The notes beneath the pieces are model-generated. The model did not search any database, had not been told where the DNA came from, and saw only the letters and a program-made list of their open reading frames with translations. This document shows, piece by piece, positions 17,670 through 25,864 of a stretch of 30,161 bases of DNA. Position numbers and translations under genes: made by a program. The number at the start of each line of letters is the position of its first letter. The stretch's first letter is position 1. The stretch is from a bacterium (GTDB lineage Bacteria > Patescibacteriota > Minisyncoccia > Phycocordibacterales > UBA1550): NCBI GenBank assembly GCA_021812665.1, contig JAKAMX010000001.1, positions 1-30,161 on the forward strand, read 5' to 3'.

Positions 17670-18518
17670 CTAAACAGGCGTTACCGGCCCTGGTCCAGAC
17701 CCAATAATGACTTGGTTGGTTAATTTACCGACATGCTTTGAAACTAAAACAAAAATATTGCCCGGGAAAGTAGGGACTTCTACTGGGTGCGCACGGATTA
17801 AAAAATTATCAGTTTTTTCTAGAGGACCCACTAGCGCAGGAGGACCCGACGGAACCCAAGCAATATTGTGAGGCAACTCATCTCTGTTTGTTCTATTGTC
17901 TACAAGAAAATCAAGGTGTAGAAATTCTTCCTTCCCTACACCCTCTTGAATAAGAGACATCGAATGAAATTTTGAATCTTTTTTTGATTGATCTAGTATT
18001 TTTATATACTTGTCCGATTCTTCTGACGGCACAGGAAAAGAAAACAAATACGTCTGGAATTGCTTCTCAAAAACACTTATTGACTCGACGCTCATCCCGA
18101 ACCAATAATTCAATCCGGGTTCGATTTCAGATACACGACGACTAGGAAGCTGACTGGTTCTATCTTTCTTTCCATCCTTAAAAATTGTCAGATGCCAGCT
18201 TTTCGAATTTGGCTCAAGAGTTATGTGGTCAACAATACCGCTTTCCCTTAGGTCCCCTTTTTCTGAATCCCAAAGTGTCTTTCTTCCGATAATCCCCGGA
18301 AAGAATATCAACCTGCCTGAGGGCGTATAACAGAGGGAGCCGACAACAGAAAAATGACCAACATCGGACAAAAAGAGGTGATTTACACGCCCAGTATCCC
18401 ACCCTTTCTCAATAAGCACACGGAAAGGTCTAGCAATAGCGCTATCCAAAGACACAGAAGACCCTGGTTCTGCATAAGGGAAAGATTGTTCTATGGTAAT
18501 AAAATCTGAATTTATCAC
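17670..18518 (-). CDS. Hypothetical protein (282 aa, GTG start uncertain)
   Basis: Long ORF, last gene of the HigBA-led minus-strand cluster; no family recognised. Confidence 0.75.
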   Translation of the reverse strand: MINSDFITIEQSFPYAEPGSSVSLDSAIARPFRVLIEKGWDTGRVNHLFLSDVGHFSVVGSLCYTPSGRLIFFPGIIGRKTLWDSEKGDLRESGIVDHITLEPNSKSWHLTIFKDGKKDRTSQLPSRRVSEIEPGLNYWFGMSVESISVFEKQFQTYLFSFPVPSEESDKYIKILDQSKKDSKFHSMSLIQEGVGKEEFLHLDFLVDNRTNRDELPHNIAWVPSGPPALVGPLEKTDNFLIRAHPVEVPTFPGNIFVLVSKHVGKLTNQVIIGSGPGPVTPV

Positions 18519-18559
18519 AATGAAAGGTGTCTAGAGTTGTATCGGTGCCATTCAAAAAC

Positions 18560-19012
18560 CTATAGTGGATAAATATCTAGTGGCTCGACTATTTCTTTCC
18601 ATCCGTAAACCTCCAAAACTCCAATTCTTGCTAAATCAAACTCGGGCAATGGAGTTGGTAATTTACCAACCGAAACCAACATTCCGTAGCGATAATTGTA
18701 CGGGGCGCCAAAATAAGTACTTTCAATCTTTTTTAAATCAGCAGTAAATTCCTTAATAGTCGGATCCTTCTTAACCTCAAAAACAACAAAATTATCTGAG
18801 TGATTTCCACGGTGGTGGATGGTAATATCTGGCCTTTGTCTTGTGTACTTAACAAGCTCAACATCTAGATCGTATTCTGGAAATTGATCTTGTAGTGCTT
18901 GTCGTAAGTGGGAACAAATATTTTGTTCAGATGTTCGCCAGACCATATGATCGTTATCTGATATCCATTGTGCGGCAAGACGAACCTTCTCTTTAATTTC
19001 ATCAATATCCAT
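18560..19012 (-). CDS. PD-(D/E)xK nuclease-fold-like protein (start likely MDIDEIK at 19012)
   Basis: 'SEQNICSHL...F..YD.DVE...RPDITIH.RG....FVVFEVKK' = E...PD...ExK arrangement. Confidence 0.6.
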   Translation of the reverse strand: MDIDEIKEKVRLAAQWISDNDHMVWRTSEQNICSHLRQALQDQFPEYDLDVELVKYTRQRPDITIHHRGNHSDNFVVFEVKKDPTIKEFTADLKKIESTYFGAPYNYRYGMLVSVGKLPTPLPEFDLARIGVLEVYGWKEIVEPLDIYPL

Positions 19013-19089
19013 GGGAAAAGTATAACAAAAAAATAATTTTAGGATTACATGATTGCTTAGTAGAACCATATCGTCCTTAATAATGTGCG

Positions 19090-21072
19090 TTAGCCCTTGC
19101 GCACTGACATAAACCCAGAATGTCTTGCGTCTCGTGTGTCAACAATAAAATTCCCATTTATCCTTCTCAGGTCAGGCATAAAAACAGGAGTTGGCCCCCC
19201 ATTCATAAGAAAATTATCTTCAAATACCTCCCTCCCTCTTGCCATTGCTGTATCAAAATCAGCGTAACCAAGAAGCGTCGTTTCAAGAAAAACCATCTTA
19301 TCCTTATCGCTTTTATCTCCCCAACCAATAAACGCATGTGTCGGTGTTAAAAAGATCAAAGAATAAACACCAAATCCCTCCAACAGGCTTGAGAAAAGCA
19401 CGGTCAGATCGATACAATTGCCTGCGTTATTTTCCAAAACCCGCTCTGGCAAGATAACTCTTTGACTACCCATCGATGTCTTAGACGAAAATGGCTGATT
19501 AAGATAGGTCATTCCGTTTTTTGCCAGATAGTCATACAGAGCCCTCACGTGAGCAATAAGATCTCCTAGAGTATTTAATTTATGCCCAAGAGCATTGTCT
19601 GGATGAAATGCTCGGGCGCCACTGCGAACCTTATCCAAGAGACCCTTCTTGTCTGTTGGGGTAATCCACGCACAAACAAAATCTCGCAAATTATATGTCT
19701 GGTTACTTCTTAAGTCCTGCAACTCCCACACCATTTCATCGTTCGCAAGAATATCAACGTTAAAATTTTCTTCAAAAAGTACCTCTTTCCTGTCCTCGTC
19801 AATTACCCGACATAACATTGTTGCCTTTACGGGGACAGCGAGATTTTCTAGAACATCCTTCTTAAGACGAGGGCACTGAGCTAAAATATTTCTCGCTTTT
19901 TGTTCCTTCTGATTATGTATTCCGTGTATAAAAATTGTTTTGGTCTCTTTCTCTGAATAACCACATATCTCTGTTTCTACTCGTAACCTTAACTTGTTTT
20001 TAGACAAATTGAAAATGTCATATTCAACAAGAACATCTCTATAGTTGGGAAGCTTTTGAATTTGCTCATAAATACGTGACGGTAATGATCTCTGAATTGT
20101 TCTGACAATAACATCAATATTTTTATCTTCAGGGATAAGGATCCCAAAACCAAACCGCAGGGTCTCATAATCACCTAACTGAATTGGTTTAGAAATATCA
20201 GCTTCTTTTTTCTTGATGATTTTTAGAATTTCTTCTTTAGAAGCTCCGTCAAATGCGGACTTAAGCTCCTGCTCTAAATTAAATAACGGGAAAGTCCCCC
20301 GATAAGGTAACGCGGGGCGGAAACGAGGCATTCGTGGCTCATACGACTCTAATTTATCAAGTTGATACTGAAACCACTCAGGAAAAACCTTCGTAGTTTC
20401 TGGTTTAACCCTCCAGGCAATTGGCTCAATATCATACTCCCCTGAACTCACTACTGAAATCTTCTCAAAAAGAACTCTCCCGAACGGGAACAGTGGTGCA
20501 AATTCAAAAGTTGCCGCATTTGCCTCAAGTAGGATCCTTGCTTCGTATTTTTCACCAAAGCAGAGATCTGAATAAAATACTGAGGATTTCTTATTGTAAT
20601 AAACATAATTCTCATCACCTGGCATCTCAGTCAGTGGAGGAAAACTTGATGGCATCAATAAAATGTCCGCATCTGCATCGTAGACAACCTCAACTTTTTT
20701 TCCACTTCGAAACAAATCAACCCCAACTACCTGTAAATATTTATTTAGCATTAAAGAAAATAATGGTGCTGGCGCAAAAAAGAGCTTGCTCTGTTTAGGA
20801 AATCTTTCAAGGAGATTATCAGTTCTCATGAATTTCCAATTTTCACCCTCATACAAATTTTGTATAACATCTTCTGGTCCATTTATTAAAAATGAAAAGG
20901 AAACTTCCATTTGTCGGAAATTTTTAATTTCAACCTTAAAAAATTTAATCAAACACTCAAGGTTGTCATATTTTGCTGGATGATAATGCTCTGTGACACC
21001 TCTTATTTGTGAAAGATTTCCACCACTAAAACTATTGGTAAAGGGGTAAGTTCTTGGTACGGGTTTAGTCAT
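19090..21072 (-). CDS. Protein with a C-terminal transglutaminase-like Cys-protease domain (660 aa)
   Basis: 'YDYL....Y...P.....QRV.LPERVL....GNCIDL..LF.S.LE..G.......P.HAF.GW....FLETT' Cys-His-acid triad; N-terminal ~300 aa unrecognised. Confidence 0.7.
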   Translation of the reverse strand: MTKPVPRTYPFTNSFSGGNLSQIRGVTEHYHPAKYDNLECLIKFFKVEIKNFRQMEVSFSFLINGPEDVIQNLYEGENWKFMRTDNLLERFPKQSKLFFAPAPLFSLMLNKYLQVVGVDLFRSGKKVEVVYDADADILLMPSSFPPLTEMPGDENYVYYNKKSSVFYSDLCFGEKYEARILLEANAATFEFAPLFPFGRVLFEKISVVSSGEYDIEPIAWRVKPETTKVFPEWFQYQLDKLESYEPRMPRFRPALPYRGTFPLFNLEQELKSAFDGASKEEILKIIKKKEADISKPIQLGDYETLRFGFGILIPEDKNIDVIVRTIQRSLPSRIYEQIQKLPNYRDVLVEYDIFNLSKNKLRLRVETEICGYSEKETKTIFIHGIHNQKEQKARNILAQCPRLKKDVLENLAVPVKATMLCRVIDEDRKEVLFEENFNVDILANDEMVWELQDLRSNQTYNLRDFVCAWITPTDKKGLLDKVRSGARAFHPDNALGHKLNTLGDLIAHVRALYDYLAKNGMTYLNQPFSSKTSMGSQRVILPERVLENNAGNCIDLTVLFSSLLEGFGVYSLIFLTPTHAFIGWGDKSDKDKMVFLETTLLGYADFDTAMARGREVFEDNFLMNGGPTPVFMPDLRRINGNFIVDTRDARHSGFMSVRKG

Positions 21073-21097
21073 CTCGATTAATTTTAGATTACTAAAT

Positions 21098-22162
21098 TCA
21101 AGAAAACTTCAAGCGAGTTCTAAGAGAAGCGACGTCTCGCCATCCCACCAATCGGTCATGAGAAAGTCGGCCTGCAATAATGCCGGGGTCTAACTTTATA
21201 CTTTTAGCAAAGCCAAGTATTGCCCTTTTTGAAAAATCTCCTGCGCAAAGAAAGTCTGAGTAGGATTTATGATCAATTAATTCTCTGGTTGCAAAATTGT
21301 CTGCCTCAATTTCTTTCTCTTGAGAATCCGAAAGTGGCCTCTCGTCAAATTCCAAAAACCTTTCTTTTTTACCATGAAGAAGGATGTGTCCAATTTCGTG
21401 AAACAAATTAAACCAAAACATGTCAGCATACGCACCAAACAAACTTAGCTGAATTACAGGAGTATCACCAATCCAACGCACAGCACCGCTCACTCCTGTC
21501 TCGGTAAAATGAGGAATATAGACCAACGAAACCCCAGCGTTTCCTAATATCTGTTGCGCCTCAACAGAAAATTTATCTGCCGTTTTTGTTGTAAGAGCTC
21601 GCAAACTTTTAAGCGAATCCTTGAGAGCGGCCTCTGAGAATTTTTCAATTGTTACTTTCTTTGATTCAATTTCACCACACCTCAACCATGCAGCAATCCC
21701 CTCGCTCCTTACCCCAGCAACCGTTCTCTTCCTAAAAGCAACAGCTTCTGTATTTGCAACAAAAGACAATGAATTAACTCCAAAAAATTTCCAGAGCTCC
21801 TCAACTCTTTTTTCTCTGATATTTGTCTGTTCGACATACTTTCTCTTCGCGAGCTCTAAATATGGGAACCTAGACAAAAGGGCTGTCTCTGCTCTCAAAG
21901 AAGAAAATTTTTCAATTCGAGCTTTTGTCTCCTGAAAATTTTTCTCCAAATTAATCCAGAACGAAGCAGTTCCGCCCAATGCGTTCTCAAACAACAATGC
22001 GGTTTCAACAGTGATAGATGCCTCGCCATTTATGATCTGGCTTAAATGCTTTTCTGTTAGACCAGTACGCTCGCTCAGGTTTTTCTGTGTCATCCCCTCT
22101 CTTTCTAGTGCGCGAGCGATGGTGTGTCCTGGGTGTATTGCTTTGTTTGGTTGGTAAGCCAT
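21098..22162 (-). CDS. higA: HigA-family antitoxin: XRE HTH fused to an ImmA/IrrE (M78) metallopeptidase domain
   Basis: 'IHPG', 'MTQKNLSERTGLTEKHLSQIING', 'FWINLE', HEXXH 'FHEIGHILLH', 'E.EADNFA'. Confidence 0.9.
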   Translation of the reverse strand: MAYQPNKAIHPGHTIARALEREGMTQKNLSERTGLTEKHLSQIINGEASITVETALLFENALGGTASFWINLEKNFQETKARIEKFSSLRAETALLSRFPYLELAKRKYVEQTNIREKRVEELWKFFGVNSLSFVANTEAVAFRKRTVAGVRSEGIAAWLRCGEIESKKVTIEKFSEAALKDSLKSLRALTTKTADKFSVEAQQILGNAGVSLVYIPHFTETGVSGAVRWIGDTPVIQLSLFGAYADMFWFNLFHEIGHILLHGKKERFLEFDERPLSDSQEKEIEADNFATRELIDHKSYSDFLCAGDFSKRAILGFAKSIKLDPGIIAGRLSHDRLVGWRDVASLRTRLKFS

Positions 22163-22166
22163 ATTT

Positions 22167-22505
22167 TTATTTATGATAATCCTTAAAAATCTCTAAAATT
22201 AATATTGAGGTGATTGTCTTAAAATTATCGATTCGAAAATTTTGGTCTCCATCATGGTTGGGGCGGAAAATGACTCTATGCTTGCTGGTAACATCAACAG
22301 CAAAACATTTTTTATAGGAGCCCTGTAGAGGATGTGGGCGATAACTCCGAGGAACGTCTGCGAGGGCATCCGCGGCGCGGAGAACTTCAAAAGTTGCGAG
22401 AATATCATCAGCGAATTCTTGTCCATTTTTATTATATTTTTTGCGCAGAGCATCATGATTATTAACCAGAGCTTCATGCTTCTGGTTATCGAAATCTATT
22501 TTCAT
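22167..22505 (-). CDS. higB: HigB/RelE-like toxin
   Basis: 112 aa directly upstream of higA; 'RPHPLQG.YK..FAVDV..KHRVIF.P', 'I.ILEI..DYH'. Confidence 0.85.
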   Translation of the reverse strand: MKIDFDNQKHEALVNNHDALRKKYNKNGQEFADDILATFEVLRAADALADVPRSYRPHPLQGSYKKCFAVDVTSKHRVIFRPNHDGDQNFRIDNFKTITSILILEIFKDYHK

Positions 22506-22533
22506 GATAGCATAGCTGGCTATTGTAGGTCAA

Positions 22534-22564
22534 ATTATTATTTACCATATTGGTAAATAATAAT
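22534..22564. promoter_or_regulatory. Perfect 14-bp inverted repeat; probable HigA operator
   Basis: ATTATTATTTACCA-TAT-TGGTAAATAATAAT, 29 nt upstream of the higB ATG. Confidence 0.6.
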
Positions 22565-22607
22565 ATACCACCCAATAAAAGCAGCTGCAAGCAAAACAAT
22601 ATACCCA

Positions 22608-23663
22608 TTATTCGGCAACCACTTGTGCCGGCGCAATAATCCTCTCGATTGTCGCTTTCCACTTAGCCTGGCTCGGTGCTTTTACGCGGAGGTAGTCAAA
22701 GTGATTAGGTAGCACAATGTTCCCACCAAGAAGCGTCTCTCCTGATTCTTGGGTATTACCAGAGGCAGTATTGAATCCAATGATATATGGAGTTCCTACG
22801 ATTGTTGCGTTCTCGTCATAGTCAACAACGCCATATTCCCAGCTTGCCATGCGAAGCTGAATCTGTTCTCCATCAAGACCTGTTCCCTTCCCAAAATTTT
22901 CATTAAGAGGGCTGTTTGACCACTCAAGGCGAAAGAACCACTCAGCCTTAGGAATTGAATTATCAAATGTTACAGCACCGAGAGATTGAGACCCTGCCCC
23001 GTTCCACGACTTAATAATTTCTGTCTGCGCAGGGATTGTCCTAAAAGTTGGCTGTGGGCAACCAAGTTTTTGAGCGATCGATGCAATAATCGTCTGCTGA
23101 CTTGAGCGGGGGCTCAAACCTTGTGTCCAATCATAAAAAGCGAGGAGATGGACATTATCCAAATTGTTTATTTTCCCAGAAACACAAGTTTTCCAATTAC
23201 TAGATCTTGAATAGGAAGGGACCAGTGCGGTAAACCTTGCATCAGTTTTTGAAAGAAGGGGCGCATTACTAGTGACAACTTGTGTGTCCTTTACACTCAA
23301 AACACTCCCACTACTTTTTACATTTGATTCTGGGGTCTCTTTTTGTAATGAAACGGTGGATGGTCCGGGAAGTTGTTCTTTTGCAAAATTCTCAACTTGA
23401 GGAGGGTTCACAATAAAAGCTACAAGGGCCACAACGAACGATGCAAGAGTAACGACGCTTTGCATTTTCCAAACAGGAATCTGAGAATATTTCTCTCTTA
23501 AAAATTTTGCAAGTGGCGGAAAAAAGATAATCGCTACGGGGAAAAATAAAATCGATATTGCAGGCATTCCAAAGAACCCAACAGCGCCAAGTAACCCAGA
23601 GACGATAGATACACACCAGCTCGCGAACAACAACAAAGCACTCCCGATAGATTTTAGATTCAT
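22608..23663 (-). CDS. Hypothetical membrane-anchored protein
   Basis: Three N-terminal TM helices, Ser/Pro/Thr-rich linker, soluble C-terminal domain. Confidence 0.8.
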   Translation of the reverse strand: MNLKSIGSALLLFASWCVSIVSGLLGAVGFFGMPAISILFFPVAIIFFPPLAKFLREKYSQIPVWKMQSVVTLASFVVALVAFIVNPPQVENFAKEQLPGPSTVSLQKETPESNVKSSGSVLSVKDTQVVTSNAPLLSKTDARFTALVPSYSRSSNWKTCVSGKINNLDNVHLLAFYDWTQGLSPRSSQQTIIASIAQKLGCPQPTFRTIPAQTEIIKSWNGAGSQSLGAVTFDNSIPKAEWFFRLEWSNSPLNENFGKGTGLDGEQIQLRMASWEYGVVDYDENATIVGTPYIIGFNTASGNTQESGETLLGGNIVLPNHFDYLRVKAPSQAKWKATIERIIAPAQVVAE

Positions 23664-23697
23664 AAAATTACTTTGCTCCTACAAATTAAAAACCAGC

Positions 23698-23883
23698 TTG
23701 TAAAAACCTGGTGGGTAGGTACACAAAGCCCGCCACCAGGAGGCCTTGCGGCCATGCATGAGTTTCCCCATGCAACGTACAGCACGCCCTGAATGACGGG
23801 TTTTCTATGCTGTACGATTTGCAACCATACCTTAAGCATTTGAACTCCTAAGGGTTAGGTCGACTTCCTATTCAGTTGTAACC
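23698..23883 (-). ncRNA. Candidate structured 5' leader RNA (multi-stem, two GNRA tetraloops)
   Basis: Minus strand stems: CGTACAGCA/TGCTGTACG; TGCATGGG-GAAA-CTCATGCA; GGCC-GCAA-GGCC; CCTGGTGG/CCACCAGG; -10-like TATCAT just upstream. Confidence 0.5.
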
Positions 23884-23936
23884 TAATGATAGCTCAAAAT
23901 AGCTTAAAAACCAATATTTTGTTAACATTTTAACAA

Positions 23937-24584
23937 ATGACACGAGTAGAAAAGATGTATCAAGATATTGCCTGGGTTCTCACAGAGATCAGGCGCCAGA
24001 ATTCAACTGACGGAAAACTAAACGAGGTTGGTTATTTTGAATTTGAGGAAGGTCCAAATATTCCCCCTATAACACAACAAGAAGCTATCGCAAAATGGTC
24101 CTTGCAAGAAAAAGGAGTACTTAAGGTTATCAAGAAGATCACGAAGCAAGCTTTTGTTAAGCACGAATACGGCAGTGGTTTAATGACGGTTGATGATGGA
24201 TTAGAAATTAAGATCAACGTTGCAAAATTTGAGGAGCTAGAAAACTCAATAAACCAAAAGATTCCTGCACTCAAAAATGCAAAAAGAATACCAATCACAC
24301 TAAGCGACAAAGATGGAATATACAGGAACGATGGAAAAGGTAAACAATATGGGATCAGCAAAAAACGCAAAGCGCTTCTTTTCTTAATAGCAAAAAAGGG
24401 TCGCGTGAGTTTGCCAGAACTCCAAAAAGAAACTGGGCGTAGCGAATCGAGAATTTCTAGCGAAATAACTGAAATAAATAAAGTTTTCCGGGATAGCTTA
24501 ATGCTAGCAGACAATATTATTATTCATAACAACACAGGCGGATATTCAATAAACAATACTGTGTTTGAGATTAACCTCGAGTAA
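23937..24584 (+). CDS. Hypothetical protein with C-terminal winged-helix DNA-binding domain
   Basis: 'LL.LIAKKGRVSLPELQKETGRSESRISSEITEINK...IIIHN..GGYSIN'. Confidence 0.7.
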   Translation: MTRVEKMYQDIAWVLTEIRRQNSTDGKLNEVGYFEFEEGPNIPPITQQEAIAKWSLQEKGVLKVIKKITKQAFVKHEYGSGLMTVDDGLEIKINVAKFEELENSINQKIPALKNAKRIPITLSDKDGIYRNDGKGKQYGISKKRKALLFLIAKKGRVSLPELQKETGRSESRISSEITEINKVFRDSLMLADNIIIHNNTGGYSINNTVFEINLE

Positions 24585-24614
24585 CCGCTTTACCCCCTGT
24601 TAATAACTTTTTTG

Positions 24615-24640
24615 AAAACCCCTTAAACAAAGGGGTTTTT
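24615..24640 (+). terminator. Intrinsic terminator
   Basis: AAAACCCCTT-AAACA-AAGGGGTTTT followed by TGCTTTTT. Confidence 0.7.
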
Positions 24641-24702
24641 GCTTTTTATTTTCCTTAAAAGCGTAACTGACGCGCAGCCATGCTTTTTAATACAGTGTGC
24701 AT

Positions 24703-24825
24703 ATGAGGAAGAAGAACGCACAAAAAACAACAGAGAACAACCCGACAGAGAAAGAGGTTGATCTTTTTATTGAGCGCCTCTTGGATATCCTCATTACACA
24801 AGCAGAACTTTCTGCAGAAAAGTAA
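24703..24825 (+). CDS. Small 40-aa protein (not in the ORF track)
   Basis: MRKKNAQKTTENNPTEKEVDLFIERLLDILITQAELSAEK*; amphipathic C-terminal helix. Confidence 0.55.
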   Translation: MRKKNAQKTTENNPTEKEVDLFIERLLDILITQAELSAEK

Positions 24826-25094
24826 TTTGTATCTCTGAGGGTTACTAATCTTATTGGTATTCCTCAGAGCTGCAAAAGCTCAGTCGTACGGGGTGTACCT
24901 GTAGCACTGAAAGACGACTATAAATAAAACTTTCGAGATTATGGGCGACCGACTGAAGGTGACCGATATACGCATGATGTACCACCCGGGGAGTAAGGGG
25001 AACAAGAGTAAGTGGTAATGCGGTTGAGGGAGCAGGAAGGAGGGAGGTGTGGGGCAGAGGAAAAGGTCCTATAGTCAATTAATTAACAAACAAC

Positions 25095-25454
25095 ATGAAC
25101 AACCAAACAAAACACGTGCGCGTATCAACAAAAACACATAAAAAGTTAAAGACAGAGGCTGCTTCAAACAACACCTCAATGACACTTCTTCTAGAAAAGA
25201 AACTATCTGAACAGGAACCAGAATATTTTGACGAATACACTGTAACCACAGATTCAACAGTTTTCAATCGTATAGCAATCGAACAGCTTGGAAGAAAACT
25301 CACGCGGGACGAGCTCTGTGATATTTTCGAATTCCTAGGGGGCGAAGTAGACGGTATTACAACCGAGCGTATCCTAGAGTTGCCGGGACCAAAGAAGAAA
25401 ACGAACTATGAAGTGCTACCAAAAGCAACAAATGATACAGTTGATGATTTTTAA
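25095..25454 (+). CDS. Hypothetical protein with N-terminal ribbon-helix-helix-like segment
   Basis: 'KHVRVSTKTHKKLKTEAASNNTSMTLLLEKKL' is CopG/Arc-like. Confidence 0.6.
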   Translation: MNNQTKHVRVSTKTHKKLKTEAASNNTSMTLLLEKKLSEQEPEYFDEYTVTTDSTVFNRIAIEQLGRKLTRDELCDIFEFLGGEVDGITTERILELPGPKKKTNYEVLPKATNDTVDDF

Positions 25455-25460
25455 AGGTAT

Positions 25461-25811
25461 ATGAAATACAACAAAGATATATCTCTTCTGCATCAAGAAA
25501 AAATAAAGGAAATTATTCTCGACGATTCCGGGGTAAGCTCGAGCTATATTTGCCGAGAGCTCACAAAGAGAGGCCTCAAACTTGGAAGAAATTATGTGAC
25601 CAAGCTCGTCAAACAGGCAGCGCAAGAAATTGCAGAAGAAAAGAGAAACCTACGCGACGCCAAAGAGAAGAATCTCCCCTCTCGCATCGAGCAATACAAC
25701 ACCCTCATCTCAGCTCACGACGGAATAGAAAAGCATCTCGAAGAACTAAAGCTTGTGATCAGGGAACTCTCGGAAGAGCTCCCGATTGAGCACAGAAAAA
25801 GTTTTTGGTAA
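25461..25811 (+). CDS. Hypothetical HTH / coiled-coil protein
   Basis: 'SSSYICRELTKRGLKLGRNYVTKLVKQ' is HTH-like; directly upstream of the recombinase. Confidence 0.6.
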   Translation: MKYNKDISLLHQEKIKEIILDDSGVSSSYICRELTKRGLKLGRNYVTKLVKQAAQEIAEEKRNLRDAKEKNLPSRIEQYNTLISAHDGIEKHLEELKLVIRELSEELPIEHRKSFW

Positions 25812-25864
25812 TCCTCCCCTTGCTATATTCGTGATTACGAGCATTCTATGTATTAAACAAAACC

